Source of the DNA: Chiloscyllium plagiosum | Lineage: Eukaryota | DNA length: 64,000 nucleotides | NCBI RefSeq assembly: GCF_004010195.1 | Contig: NC_057719.1 | Span: 79,805,030-79,869,029 of the forward strand | Direction: 5' to 3' | Part shown: piece by piece, positions 52,634 to 64,000 of the stretch | Position numbering within the stretch: the first letter of the stretch is position 1 | Layout of the letters: each line of letters starts with the position of its first letter | Position numbers and translations under genes: made by a program | The notes under the pieces: model-generated | Told to the model about the DNA's origin: nothing | The model's input: only the letters and a program-made list of their open reading frames with translations | The model's database searches: none

Positions 52634-53238
52634 ACCAGTTTCACATCCATTAGGTCTCCCTCTGGTCAGTTTCACATCCATTGGAGTTGTTCTCTCTGGT
52701 CAGTTTCAGACCCACTGGAATACTCTCTGGTTAGTTTCAGACCCACCGGAATGCTCTCTGGTTAGTTTCAGAACCATTGGAATAGCCTCTGATCAGTTTC
52801 AGACCCATTGAAATACTCTCTGGTCTGTTTCAGACCCATTGGAATAGTCTCTGGTCAGTTTCAGACCCATTAAAATACTCTCTGGTCAGTTTCAGACCCA
52901 TTGGAATACTCTCTGGTCAGTTTCAGACCCATTGGAATAGTCTCTGGTCAGTTTCAGACCCATTGAAATACTCTCTGGTCAGTTTTAGACCCAATGGAAT
53001 AGTCTCTGGTCAGTTTCAGACCCATTGGATTAGTCTCTGGTCAGTTTCAGACCCATTGAAATACGCTCTGGTCAGTTTCAGACCCATTGAAATACGCTCT
53101 GGTCAGTTTTAGACCCAATGGAATAGTCTCTGGTCAGTTTCAGGCCCATTAGAATACTCTCTGGTCAGTTTCAGACCCATTGGAATACTCTCTGGTCAGT
53201 TTCAGGCCCATTGGAATTCTCTCTGGTCAGTTTCAGAC
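52634..53238. repeat. 31-bp minisatellite (TCTCTGGTCAGTTTCAGACCCATTGGAATAC), ~19 copies
   Basis: Contiguous units with point variants and no spacers. Confidence 0.93.
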
Positions 53239-53739
53239 TCGACCAGGTGAGTTTCAGATCCCTGTTGGCACAAAGTTTCACATCCAGCTTCCAGCCGACC
53301 CGAGCCGGGTGAGGTTAACGCAACCTGACTCCTTCGCCGATGTCGGACTGGAGTTTACAATTGCCTATGTTTTGTTGAACCCGAGCTAATGAGCAAACCA
53401 CCCCCTTCGAAAACAAAACAATGGACACAAATTCAATGCAACAGCGGCTCGCTCGTAAATCTTCAGCGCCCAAAACAAAAATCCCTTTGCCTACAAAACA
53501 GATAACGTTGATGTATCTTTGCCTCTGTATCTGCTGCCCTGACATGTCCCGGAAATGAGAACAAGTGAGTTAAAAAGGCATTTCAGTGCGGCAAAAGTTT
53601 GCTTATAAAACAGCAAAAGAACGACAAAAAGTGGCTGTAATAGGGCATTTTCCCTCTGTCTATCTCTGCCACAAGGTCAGGATGATAAGAAGACCGTAAC
53701 CACTAGATCACAAAAAAAATCTGGGCTGCATTGACAACA

Positions 53740-54360
53740 ACCTTGCAACGCCGATCCGCTTGTAGGGCAGAAACACAATATTTGCAAAGAAATAATTAAG
53801 TTATTTTTGCACGGTTCTCTTTAGGCAGAGTAACGGGAGCGCGACTGCACGATGCCGAGATAAAGGTGACCCGTCGAGAAAGGAAAGTTGGTGGTTGTAA
53901 GATGCACTTACCCGGAGATAACTGAGCCGTTTTATGTCGGATTGTACACACTCCTTACAGTAGGTACTCTGATTAATCGCCGCGCTTTACGCGCCGACCC
54001 ACTGTTTACCGCCGAACTCCCTGTCAATCAAATCTCGTCACAAGTGTGTAACCATGGCTCCACCAAATCATCAATCGGTGCACGCCCATCCGACCGGCAC
54101 TTTGCCGAATTGGCTGGTCGCACTGCCAATCATTCTCCGACCAGCCAGTCACCTTCCCGACGCCTGTTCCCCTGCAGTTACCGGATTCCCACCGCTGGAT
54201 AGTGCTGTGCTGCTATCCCTTCCAGCGCCACCTAGAGGGCTCAACCTTCCCCCGTCGAAACGTCCGTTCCGGGAGGCTGGCTGCAGCTTTTCACCAATCA
54301 GAAAACTGAATCGGCTTGTTACCATGAGAGAAGTGCTCAAACCATCCAATCAAAATCAGC
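53740..54360. promoter_or_regulatory. CpG-rich promoter with CCAAT boxes, PBX-PREP/MEIS decamer, FOXO core and CTCF site
   Basis: High local CpG density. ATTGG 54109-54113; CCAAT at 54126, 54294 and 54346; TGATTGACAG (minus) 54021-54030; TGTTTAC 54003-54009; CCAGCGCCACCTAGAGGGC 54222-54240. Confidence 0.7.
53912..54010 (-). other. Probable non-coding first exon of the BMF-like gene (5' end approximate)
   Basis: Strong donor CGG|GTAAGT at 53912/53911, just downstream of a CpG-rich CCAAT cluster and on the same strand as the coding exons. Confidence 0.5.
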
Positions 54361-57194
54361 CATTTGTCCTCGTTTCCCCCCCACTCTGTTAGATTAGGAG
54401 GGGGATTCCCTCCACAGTTATCTTAAAAGAGCCTGTTTGCCAAATACTTATTAATATGCATTTATTTTTGTGGTTTAAAGACGGGGTCCAATCTGAAGTT
54501 GACAGATCTCAGATTCTGTATTCAGTTAACTGAGAACCACTTAGGAGTTAACACCTAGAGGGAAAAATCAAAACAGCTTGACAAGGATCTGCAAATGCAG
54601 TCTTTCACCAGTCACTGTGTAAATGTCGCCTTTATACTTTAAAAACAACATCGACGCTTTTTTAAAAAAAAACCTAGGAACACACTGGCCTGAAAAGATT
54701 GTCAAGGTAGAAACCCTGTACACATCTAAAAAGTGCCATAGCCTGCAGGGCCACACATCAAAGACTGGAAATGAGATTAGTCCATCATACAGCTGGCTGG
54801 CTGTATGATGGACTAAGTGACCTCTGTCCAAACGCAAATGTTCTGTGATTGTTTATATAAAGGAAGAAGGAGAGCATGAGATAGAAGGAGAACAATAGAA
54901 AGAGTTAGGGCACAGAATGAGGTCATTCAGCCCACTATGCCTTTATTGGCCAAAATAGAACTATTCATGCTAGAGGACATTGTGCCAATTGCGCTTAACC
55001 AGCCCAGTGCTTGCAAAATTCAGAACACCATGTCCAGCATTAGAGTATTTCTGCTATTGGGCAACAATAATTAAACCATGGCTGCACTAAGAATTGCTCT
55101 GGGAACCAATTCAAGGTTACAAGTAAGGTTCACAGTGTAATTCATTTATTCAAACACAAAACTCTTTTTCTTTGTAGCCAAAAATAATATGTTCGTACAT
55201 TATATGTTTTTATACCAAGGTAAGAGCTATGGAGATAACCAACCATTGATATATCCTGACCAGTACCATTTTGGTAATGCCCTGACTGTTCAGTCAACTC
55301 GCCTGGTTTGAATTTAATCCAGTAACTGAGACAGTTCTTGCTGCATGTCCAACTAAACAACATCTTCTTAGCAATAACTATATTATTGTTTCCTGTTCAG
55401 TCTTGATGAATGCAAGATAAGAACTTTTGCCTCATGTTTGTTATTAGCATGGATTATTAACAATGTTTTAAATCTAATCTTTTACTCATAGCTAAAACCC
55501 TTCGTTTCTGGCAACATCTTACTCAATCTTTCTGTACCCAATGTGATAGCATCCTTTCTATAATGGGGTGACCAGAACTGTACACAGTAACAAAGCTGTG
55601 ATCTATCTTGCTTTATACAGCTCTGTCATTGTATTCATGCCTCAGCCAATGGAACTTTCCCTCCCAAACAGCATGATTCTGAATTTAGACACCTGTGGGT
55701 GTGGTAAGTGTGGAACAGAGCTGGTTATGCTGTTCACCTCTTTATCTGCCATCTCCTTTTTGTCAGATCCACAAGTTTTGTTTCTGTCAGACATTCAATG
55801 TGAATCATTGGCTTTGAATGTTCTGTGGTTTGCTGGTCTTGTATCTGTTCTGAACAACTACCACACAGGAGCTTCAATCGATCTATAATAACTCATTCTA
55901 AAATTTCCCTGACTGCATTACCTCATGTTTCATGGAACCAGATAAGTGCACCTTTCTACAAAGACTGCTATATACACGTAGCTCTTGCTTGAAAAGACTG
56001 ACTGAAAAGTGTATGCCAGCTTACTGAGTAAACCTCATTTATCCAGTCTGTGAAATGTCTTTTCTTATTATGTTAAGTTATCATCTAAATTTAGATTGGT
56101 GTAGTGTCAACTCTGCCCATTCTTTCTTATGTTCAGTTCACAAAGGGGTCTCTAGCAGGCTATCCCCGACTGGAAGCAACTATTTCTAGCACTATATAGT
56201 ACAAAACAAGAATGACGGCATGATGAGTCAGACCATCCTTGGAAAGTACCTAAACAAGATTAGGTTAGGATATCTGGTTGGCATGGACGAGTTGGACCAA
56301 AGGGTCTATTTCTGTGCTGTACATCTCTATGACTCTAATTCAACTCCTCATAGCTTCAATAACCTGTGAAAATTAGAAAGATTCACACTCCTGGTGCAAG
56401 TACTGAGAGAATACTGCACTATCAGAAATACCACATTTAGGATGAGACTTTAGGATCACATGGGAACAGTGAAAATGCCAAAAGGACTTCTAAAGTCCTG
56501 GAGTGAGGGCTAGGGAACAGGAGATTGCTATGCAGGAGAGAGGCAAAAAGACAAGGAGAGGGAGACGTATGTGTAAAAGATCGCATGACATTACTTAGAA
56601 GAGTAGGAAGCTTTCTCTTCTGTGTCTTGACCAATTTTTATCCTCAACTAAGATCAGTAAAAAACAGATTATTTTGTCATTCTCACATTTCTGTTTATGG
56701 AATATTATTATGTCCAAATTAGCCTCCCCTTTTTGTTATATTATAACAGTGACTACTTTTCAAAGTACTGCATTGGGAAATGCTGAAATTGTGGCAAATG
56801 CAATATATCTCCAATATCACATGTTCACTCTCCATAGTCTTGCAAATTTCCTCTTTCCCAGCATTTGTCCAATTTTCTTTTGAGTGACTATTGAATCCAT
56901 TTCCCTCCCTCTTTCAGACAATACAATCCAGGTCACATCAACTTGCTGCCTGAAAGAAATTTTCTCAGCTACTCTCTCGTTCCTTTTCCATGATCTTAAA
57001 TCTGAATTCTCTAGTTACTGAGACACGTGACAGCAGGAAGTTATTTATCCTTATTTACTTGATCAACCCCCCCCCCCCCCCCAATAAACCGGCACTTCTG
57101 AATTGGAGTCTACTTTTCTCTCAGCATCGTGTTGGAATGACAGTCTGTATCAAGTATATTTTCTCTTGATGCATTTTGCACCGTTGCCAGTTTG

Positions 57195-57438
57195 AGTACA
57201 CGTACAAATCGATTCAAGAGTAGATTCTTCCCTGCAGTTATCAGACTTTTGAACGGACCTCTCAGATGTTAATGTTGATCTCTCTGCGGCTTCTCTGCGG
57301 CTCTAACACTGTATTCTGTACTCTGTTCTGCTGCCCAATGCACTTTATATAGTACAATCTGCCTGAATAGCACACAAAACAACACTTCTCACTGTATCTC
57401 AGTACATATGACATCAGTAAATCAAATCAAGTCAAATC
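57195..57438 (+). mobile_element. Rex1/Babar-like LINE 3' end
   Basis: RTNRFKSRFFPAVIRLLN-like C-terminus and (aaatc)n tail. Confidence 0.55.
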
Positions 57439-57960
57439 ATATAGAACAGGCTTCCCCAGAAAGTGGAAGTTGTTAATATTGATTCAGTGCAAATTACATA
57501 CAGCAGGTTTCATTTTGAAAGAAGTGTTTTGGGATACATCATAAAGTGTGCCATGACATTTGTTTGAGGGAACAGCAAAAGATTGAACCTGTGGTTCTTA
57601 AAGTTGTGAGGGGTTTCATCACCGGTTATAAATAAATTGATGCGGAGGGATTCCTACAATTAGTCACTAGCTTCATGATGAGTTTATCATGTGGCTTACA
57701 GGATGGCACAAACCGAACCCAGGTAGAGGTCCATCAGAGTTGGTTCATCAATTTCTAATGCTCCTAGATTGTTTTGCGTTGAGAGTTACATTCATTCTGT
57801 AGTCCACAATCACCTGACTATAAATTCTTACTTTCTTCTGCTAGTTATCTGGGTGTATTAATACGGTCTTTCCCATCTGCCTTGTAATCCAGATGGCAAA
57901 CACAACTACTTGGCTCAAAGCCAGCTGTTTAATGTGATCAAAATGCACTGATATTCCTAG

Positions 57961-58196
57961 GCCTCAGCTTAAGTTCTGTACACACTGATCTGCACAGATT
58001 TCCCATCCCATCCACATCTCAAATTTAAAATTTGGCATCCTTGAGTTCAAATTCTACCAATCCCTCCCTATCTCTGTATCAGCCTCAGCTTAAGTTCTGT
58101 ACACACTGATCTGCACAGATTTCCATCCACATCTCAAATTTAAAATTTGGCATCCTTGAGTTCAAATTCTTCCAATCCCTCCCTATCTCTGTATCA
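57961..58196. repeat. ~120-bp tandem duplication
   Basis: 57961-58081 repeated at 58082-58196 with a small indel. Confidence 0.88.
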
Positions 58197-59229
58197 AGTT
58201 AAAAATCACACAACATCAAGTTGTGTGGTATCTCCAAATCATATCTCGTATCCTTCTCCAGCACTGCAATGCTCTCTGTCCCCTTCCACTTCCGCCCCCT
58301 GTCTCATCATCAGTTTTTATCTCTCCAGCGCACCGACCAAGCCTTCAGCTGCCATGGCCCCAAGCTGTAAAATTCTCTCCTAAAGCCTTCCTACGTCTCC
58401 CTTCTTCTTAAAGATCTTCCTTAAAAGCTACTCCTCAGACTGAGTACTTGCCCATCAATCCCCTTGGCTCCTTCTTTGACACTGCGCTGTCTGTTTTCTG
58501 GACTTGGAGTGTTTTACTACAATGAAAAGGCACTATATAAATGCAAGTTGGTATGGTGATTTGATCACTAACCACTCATTCCTCGTCTTACATGGGAACA
58601 GTGAAAATGCCAAAAGGACTTCTAAAGTCCTGGAGTGAGGGCTAGGGAACAGGAGATTGCTATGCAGGAGAGAGGCAAAAAGACAGGGAGAGGGAGACTT
58701 CTGAGGATTGGGGTGAAACTGTAACAAACTGACAAAACTAAACTGTCTGGCAGTCAGTGCAGCAAATGCACATGGACGAGTACAACAGACCAGGGACAGA
58801 GCTCCAGGTCGACCGAGAGGCCCACTTTGATACCAAGTTTCTAACTAAAGTCACTCTGCAATGGCGGTTTGATCTATTTTATAGGTAACATTTGAAAAGA
58901 ATGCGGCAGAGGTTGGGCGTCCAGTTTTGAGAGCACCCTGCCTTTCACCTCACTACCATTGCATCCAAATGGAGCAGGGCACTGTGGGTGGGAGGGCCTG
59001 GAGGTCCCATCCATTGAGTTTTCCCGCTAATTGACTCTGAGATTCTTTTGTGGGTTTTCCGCTTGCCATTCCCAAGAGATTCCATCGGCTGGATTATACA
59101 GATTGTCGTGGGCCCCCTCCAGCCATAACTGAGAAACAAATCTGGGGTGGGGGGGCTAAATTTGCTGATGCCCTCAGGGGGTGAGTCAAAAAGAGGTCAT
59201 TAGGAGCCTGCTAAGGGAAAGTAACAGAT

Positions 59230-59790
59230 TAAGTGAGTGAGCAGATGTGAACAGTCTGAGAAAATGAGAACTTCTGTTCATTTTGGCAGGAAGACTAAGA
59301 AAGGAATACATTATTTAACGGACATAGATTGCATAAGTCTAAACTGAGGAGGGATCTGGGTGTTTTGGTAGATGAATCACATAAAGTTCATATCCGGGTA
59401 CAGTAAATGATTAGGGAGGCGAATGGAATGTTGCTTATTGCAAAGGGAATGGAATATAAAAGCAGGGAAGTGTTGCTACAGGCATCACTGAGAGTATTGT
59501 GTACTGACTTGGTCTCATTTAAGAAAGCATATAAATGAAAACGTTCAGAGAATGTTCATACAGCCAATTGCTGGGATGATGGCATTATTTTAAGAGGAAG
59601 TGTTTGACAGGTTGGGCCTGTATCTATTGGAGTTTAAAAGAACGAGAGGTGTTTTTATTGGAAGAGGTAAAATCCTGTGGTGACCTAACAGGGTAAATGC
59701 TGAAAGGATACGTTGAAGAGACCAAAAACAGAGGGCACAATTTCAAAATAAGGAACGTCCCATTGAAGACAGAGATGACGTGATTTATTA
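59230..59790 (+). mobile_element. Degenerate CR1-like LINE fragment
   Basis: Eroded gggatctgggtg, gagtattgtgtac and agagggcacaatttcaaaataagg motifs. Confidence 0.55.
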
Positions 59791-61569
59791 TTCTCACAGG
59801 GCTGGGCATGTCGAAATGTGGCATAGATTCCAGCCCAGACAGGCCTTTCCCTTCAAGACAAGCACATACAATGTGTGACATTCCTGTATAAAGGTACCCA
59901 CTTTCCCTTCACTCTCTGTGTAATGCAGATGGTGTTGTGTCTTCAATGTCTTTGTAAAGAAGGAAGAACATGGTCAAAAAATCATGTGTACGGTTATGCT
60001 AACTTGAACTAGTTCAAGAGATGGATTCATGAAAATATACCACTTTGTTGGGTCCTGCCAAGATCATTTGATGTGGTAAGGAGCAATGGTCAAGCCCTGT
60101 GAAGACATAACCAACATAACAGATTATCTGTATAAGTCTCTGATATTGTAACCATGTAAATAGTTAGTGCTGTAAATAAACTTTGAGATATCTGTTTCAC
60201 AAGAACCTTACTCTTTGTGGTATATGTTCCATGGGCTAACATACATTATATCAGAAACCACATCATGGATGGTGGATGAGCAGTGTCCAAGCATGTTGGT
60301 GCACTATTGCAAAGTTTGGGCATGGTTGGATGGTCTCTTTCAGACCTTTAATTAATTGTACGTTGTGAAGCAAGGGGAGAAATCTAAACAGAGAAAAGTG
60401 CAATCAGTGGATAAAACATAAAGCATATTTATAGTCTGGCAATGTGTTTAAAGCTCTGTCAATTAAAGTATGTTAATTTCCCCACGTCATAATTTCCATA
60501 ATTTAAGCATCTTGTGGTTACACAGGAGGTCAAAGGTAACTCAGTCAGGCAGCTGTTCAATTCGAGTTCCATGTGGGGGAGTCAGTTCCTTTTGTTTCGC
60601 TCTCTCTTTGTGAACACTGGAGCCTGTTGTTGTCGAGTGCTCAAAGCCACCATCTATTCATATGTTTACCAAGAGCTTCTGCCAAGGGGTCTGCACTCAG
60701 TAACTGCATTGCGGTTGAACACTTGTACTGTAAATGAGATATTCCCACTCTTGTACCCCCACGCGTTCGCCTCCAGCTCAGAGCGCTGCTCCCAATCTCT
60801 GTGCAGACACTGCATTTATAGACCTGGGCATAATGTTTCCCACTTGTGGGTCACGAGGTCATGTAATTTAGTCTACACAGAGTTTAATTGTAACGCGGGG
60901 AAATCTAGGGCGATTGTGATGTCAATACTGACGTGTATCATGGACACTCTTGAAGTAATGTTTCAGCTTTTGATGCATGGCTCATTGTTGAACTAACCAC
61001 ACTGTAAACCCAAGCCTCTGCCCCTGCCATAATTTTGAGGCACTATTCTGAAAGCTTGGCACATTAGGCTATAAGGTGTAGGAGCAGAAGTAAGCCATTC
61101 ATCAGGTTAAAAGGCCCAGGCATAGAATTAAAATATACCAAGAGCACGGGTTTCCACTGTAAGTCATTAAGCTTTGTGTTCAGTGAAAAGATGATGTATG
61201 TGTATAGTGTCTTAAATAACTTTGGATACTCCCAAACCACTTCAGCCCCACTGAAGATCAGTCAGTGTTGTGTTGTAGGAGATCCAGCAGCCAACTTGCC
61301 CAGAGCAAGGTGCCACAAACAGTGAGAGAGAAATGAGACTTTGATTGCCATCTTAGGAAAGGACTGAGGCCTGTGCTGTGCTACTCTGACCTGTTTCATG
61401 GGGAATGGAACCACTGAAGCCTGATAATGTTCAGTGTCAAATTACTCCTGAGGAACGGAGGAGGAGCTTGATGGTGAATAGTAGTGAACTACTCTATCCG
61501 CATATGTCCCTCATGAGTCCATTTCATCCTCATCAATAGTTGGATTGCAAGACCTTTGCAAGGATAGTA

Positions 61570-62262
61570 AAACCTGCGCCCACACCTCCCCCTCTGCTCC
61601 GTCCAAGGCCCCAAAGGAGCCTTCCACACCCATCATAGATTTACCTGCAGTTCCATTCATGTCATTTACTGTATCCGTTGCTCCCGATGCGGTCTCCTCT
61701 ACATTGGGGAGACAGGAAGCCTACTTGCAGAATACTTCAGAGAACATCTCCGGGACATCTGCACCAAACAACCCCACCGCCCCATGGCCAAACACTTTAA
61801 CTCCCCCTCCCACTCTGCCAAGGACATGCAGGTGCTGGGCCTCCTCCATTGCCAAATTTTAACTACGCGACGCCTAGAGGAAAAACGCCTCATTTTCCAC
61901 CTTGGGACTTTCCAACCATACAGGAGCAATGTGAATTTCACCAGTTTCCTATTTCCCCTCCCCCCACCTGATCCCAGTTCTAACTCGGCACCACCCTCAT
62001 GACCTGTCCTATCTGTCCATCTTCCTTCCCACCTCTCTGCTCCATCCTCCTCTCCGACCTATCACCATTACCCCCCCACCTCCATCTACCTATCCCACTC
62101 TCAAGTACCTTCCCCACCCCAGCCCCACTCCCCTGCCATTTATCTCTCCACCCCTTTGGCTCACAAGTCTCATTCCTGATGAAGGGCTTAAGCCGATTCT
62201 CCTGCTCCTCGGATGCTGCCTGACCTGCTGTGCTTTTCCAACACTGCACTCTCGACTCATCC
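61570..62262 (+). mobile_element. Penelope-like element 3' remnant, HHR partly deleted
   Basis: AKHFNSPSHSAKDMQVLGLLHC...EEKRLIFHLGTFQP; ctgatgaagggcttaagcc lacks the GAAAC. Confidence 0.78.
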
Positions 62263-62374
62263 CTCCAGAGACATATAAGCGTATGAATTAGGAACAGGCC
62301 ATTCAATCCTTTATTCTGCTCTGCCATTCATAAACACCATCTGATTGTGGCCTTGATTCCATTTCCTACTTACC

Positions 62375-62855
62375 CCAAAGATTTACAAGGATGTTGCCAG
62401 GGTTGGAGGATTTGAGCTATGGGAGAGGCTGAACAGGCTGGGGCTGTTTTCCCTGGAGCATCAGAGGCTGAGGGGTGACCTTATAGAGATTTATAAAATC
62501 ATGAGGGGCATGGATAGGATAAATAGACAAAGTCTTTTCCCTGGGATCGGGGAGTCCAGAACTAGAGGACATAGGTTTAGGGTGAGAGGGGAAAGATATA
62601 AAAGGGACCTAAGGGGCAACATTTTCACGCAGAGGGTGGTACGTGTACGGAATGAGCTGCCAGAGGAAGTGGTGGAGGCTGGTACAATTACAAAATTTAA
62701 AAGGCATCTGCATGGGTATATGAATAGGAAGGATTTAGAGTGATGGGACCAAGTGCTGGCAGATGGGACTAGATTGGGCTGGGATATCTGGTCGGCATGG
62801 ATGAGTTGGACCGAAGGGTCTGTTTCTGTGCTGTATATCTCTATGACTCTATGAC
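62375..62855 (+). mobile_element. CR1-like LINE 3' fragment
   Basis: MRGMDRINRQSLFPGIGESRTRGHRFRV; ctctatgactctatga tail. Confidence 0.85.
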
Positions 62856-62929
62856 CTTTGGCTTTCTTGGTGGTCAAGAATCGATTTACCTTTCCTTTAC
62901 AGATATTTAATAAACCTCTGAGGAGGGGG

Positions 62930-63190
62930 GCACCATTGATTCATAACTCTGAGAATAAAAAGGTTTCTCCTCATTTCTACTTTTAATGGAAGACCACTTT
63001 TTGAAAGACTAGACGAACCTCTCCCACAGGGGAAACCATCCTTTTGGCATTCAGCCTGTCAAGTCCTCTCAGGATCTGATCCGTTTTAATGAGGCCACCC
63101 CTCTTTCTTTCAAACTCCCGTCGATATAGGCCCAGCCTATCCAAGCATTCCTCATAAGATAACCTCTCCATTCCCAGGTATCAGTCAAGT
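62930..63190 (-). mobile_element. CR1-like LINE fragment
   Basis: LSYEECLDRLGLY...RGGLIKT. Confidence 0.65.
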
Positions 63191-64000
63191 GAATTTTCCA
63201 CATGAGCAATTCACTTGAGGATTTATCCAAAATTCATGGCACCCAGGCTGTTTTCTCATGTGATCACTGCTTCCTGGGATGGGGAAATTGAATCTAGGAT
63301 CTAGCTCATTCCTCTATTTCCTGGAAACATTTGTGGAAGTGGGTTGGGCCATTGGATAGCATTGCTTACCTCACCCAAGAAGACAAATCTTTTCCCTGCA
63401 CTGGATAGAAGGAAGCAGATGGCCTGAACATCCTCCTACCTCGTAGAGTGACTGTAAGTTCTTTCCCGCTTGAGCTGTAACACACTTAACTGCTCAAAAG
63501 GTTACTTTAAGCAGTAATGTTAAGTGAGCTCCAGATCAAGGGTCACCTCAGGTCATCCTTTCACTGCTACAAAGCCTTTAAGTCATTGGGAAAAAAAGGG
63601 AGAATACAGAAACTCATTGCAAACAAATGGAGGGGAGAAGAATGCGTCTTGTCTAACAAAAACAGTCTTTAACAGAGCCATTTAGCAGTTAGATACAAAT
63701 GTAAGTAGTAACATCAGATTACTTTGACATGAATGATGTAAATCAGAAGACATGTGAGCCTACAGCATCTATCTTCGACGGTGAAAAGAAATAACCTGAC
63801 TTTTTGTAGCACCTTTCACATCCTCAGAATGTCACAAAAGCCAATTACTTACATCTGAAGTGAAGTCGCTGCTGTAATGAAGGAAACGCTACAGCCCATT
63901 TGGTTCCAGCAAGTTCTCACAAAACAGCTGTATGATGATGATCAGATCCTCTGTCTTTGTAACGCTGCGTAAATATTGGCCAGGATATTAGGGAGAAACG

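Noticed and set aside
52634..53238. CRISPR-like 31-bp repeats
   Set aside because: Units are contiguous with no unique spacers, there are no cas genes, and the context is vertebrate.
60514..60996. 160-aa ORF
   Set aside because: Non-ATG start and no recognisable domain or splice structure; possibly a decayed element.
54400..64000. Head-to-head plus-strand neighbour such as BUB1B
   Set aside because: No recognisable coding exon found in this interval.

Overview
Repeat-rich vertebrate genomic DNA, most likely an elasmobranch (shark), inferred from HE1-type V-SINEs and their CR1-like partner LINEs. There are three assembly gaps. The one host gene I can support is a minus-strand BMF-like BH3-only gene. 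Coding exon 30888-30621 carries a DYNLL-binding TQT motif and PQRLFYG, and splices in frame to BH3 exon 13509-13325. A CpG/CCAAT promoter and probable first exon lie near 53.9-54.4 kb, and the terminal exon is unresolved. The protein is atypical, with BIM-like features. The rest is mostly CR1-like LINEs, SINEs, Penelope-like element (PLE) remnants and minisatellites. The most striking non-gene signal is about a dozen minimal hammerhead-ribozyme (HHR) motifs. They sit on PLE 3' ends, on ~125-bp non-autonomous inserts that start at the ribozyme core, and on fold-back elements with a ribozyme on each strand. All calls are by eye; no searches were run.
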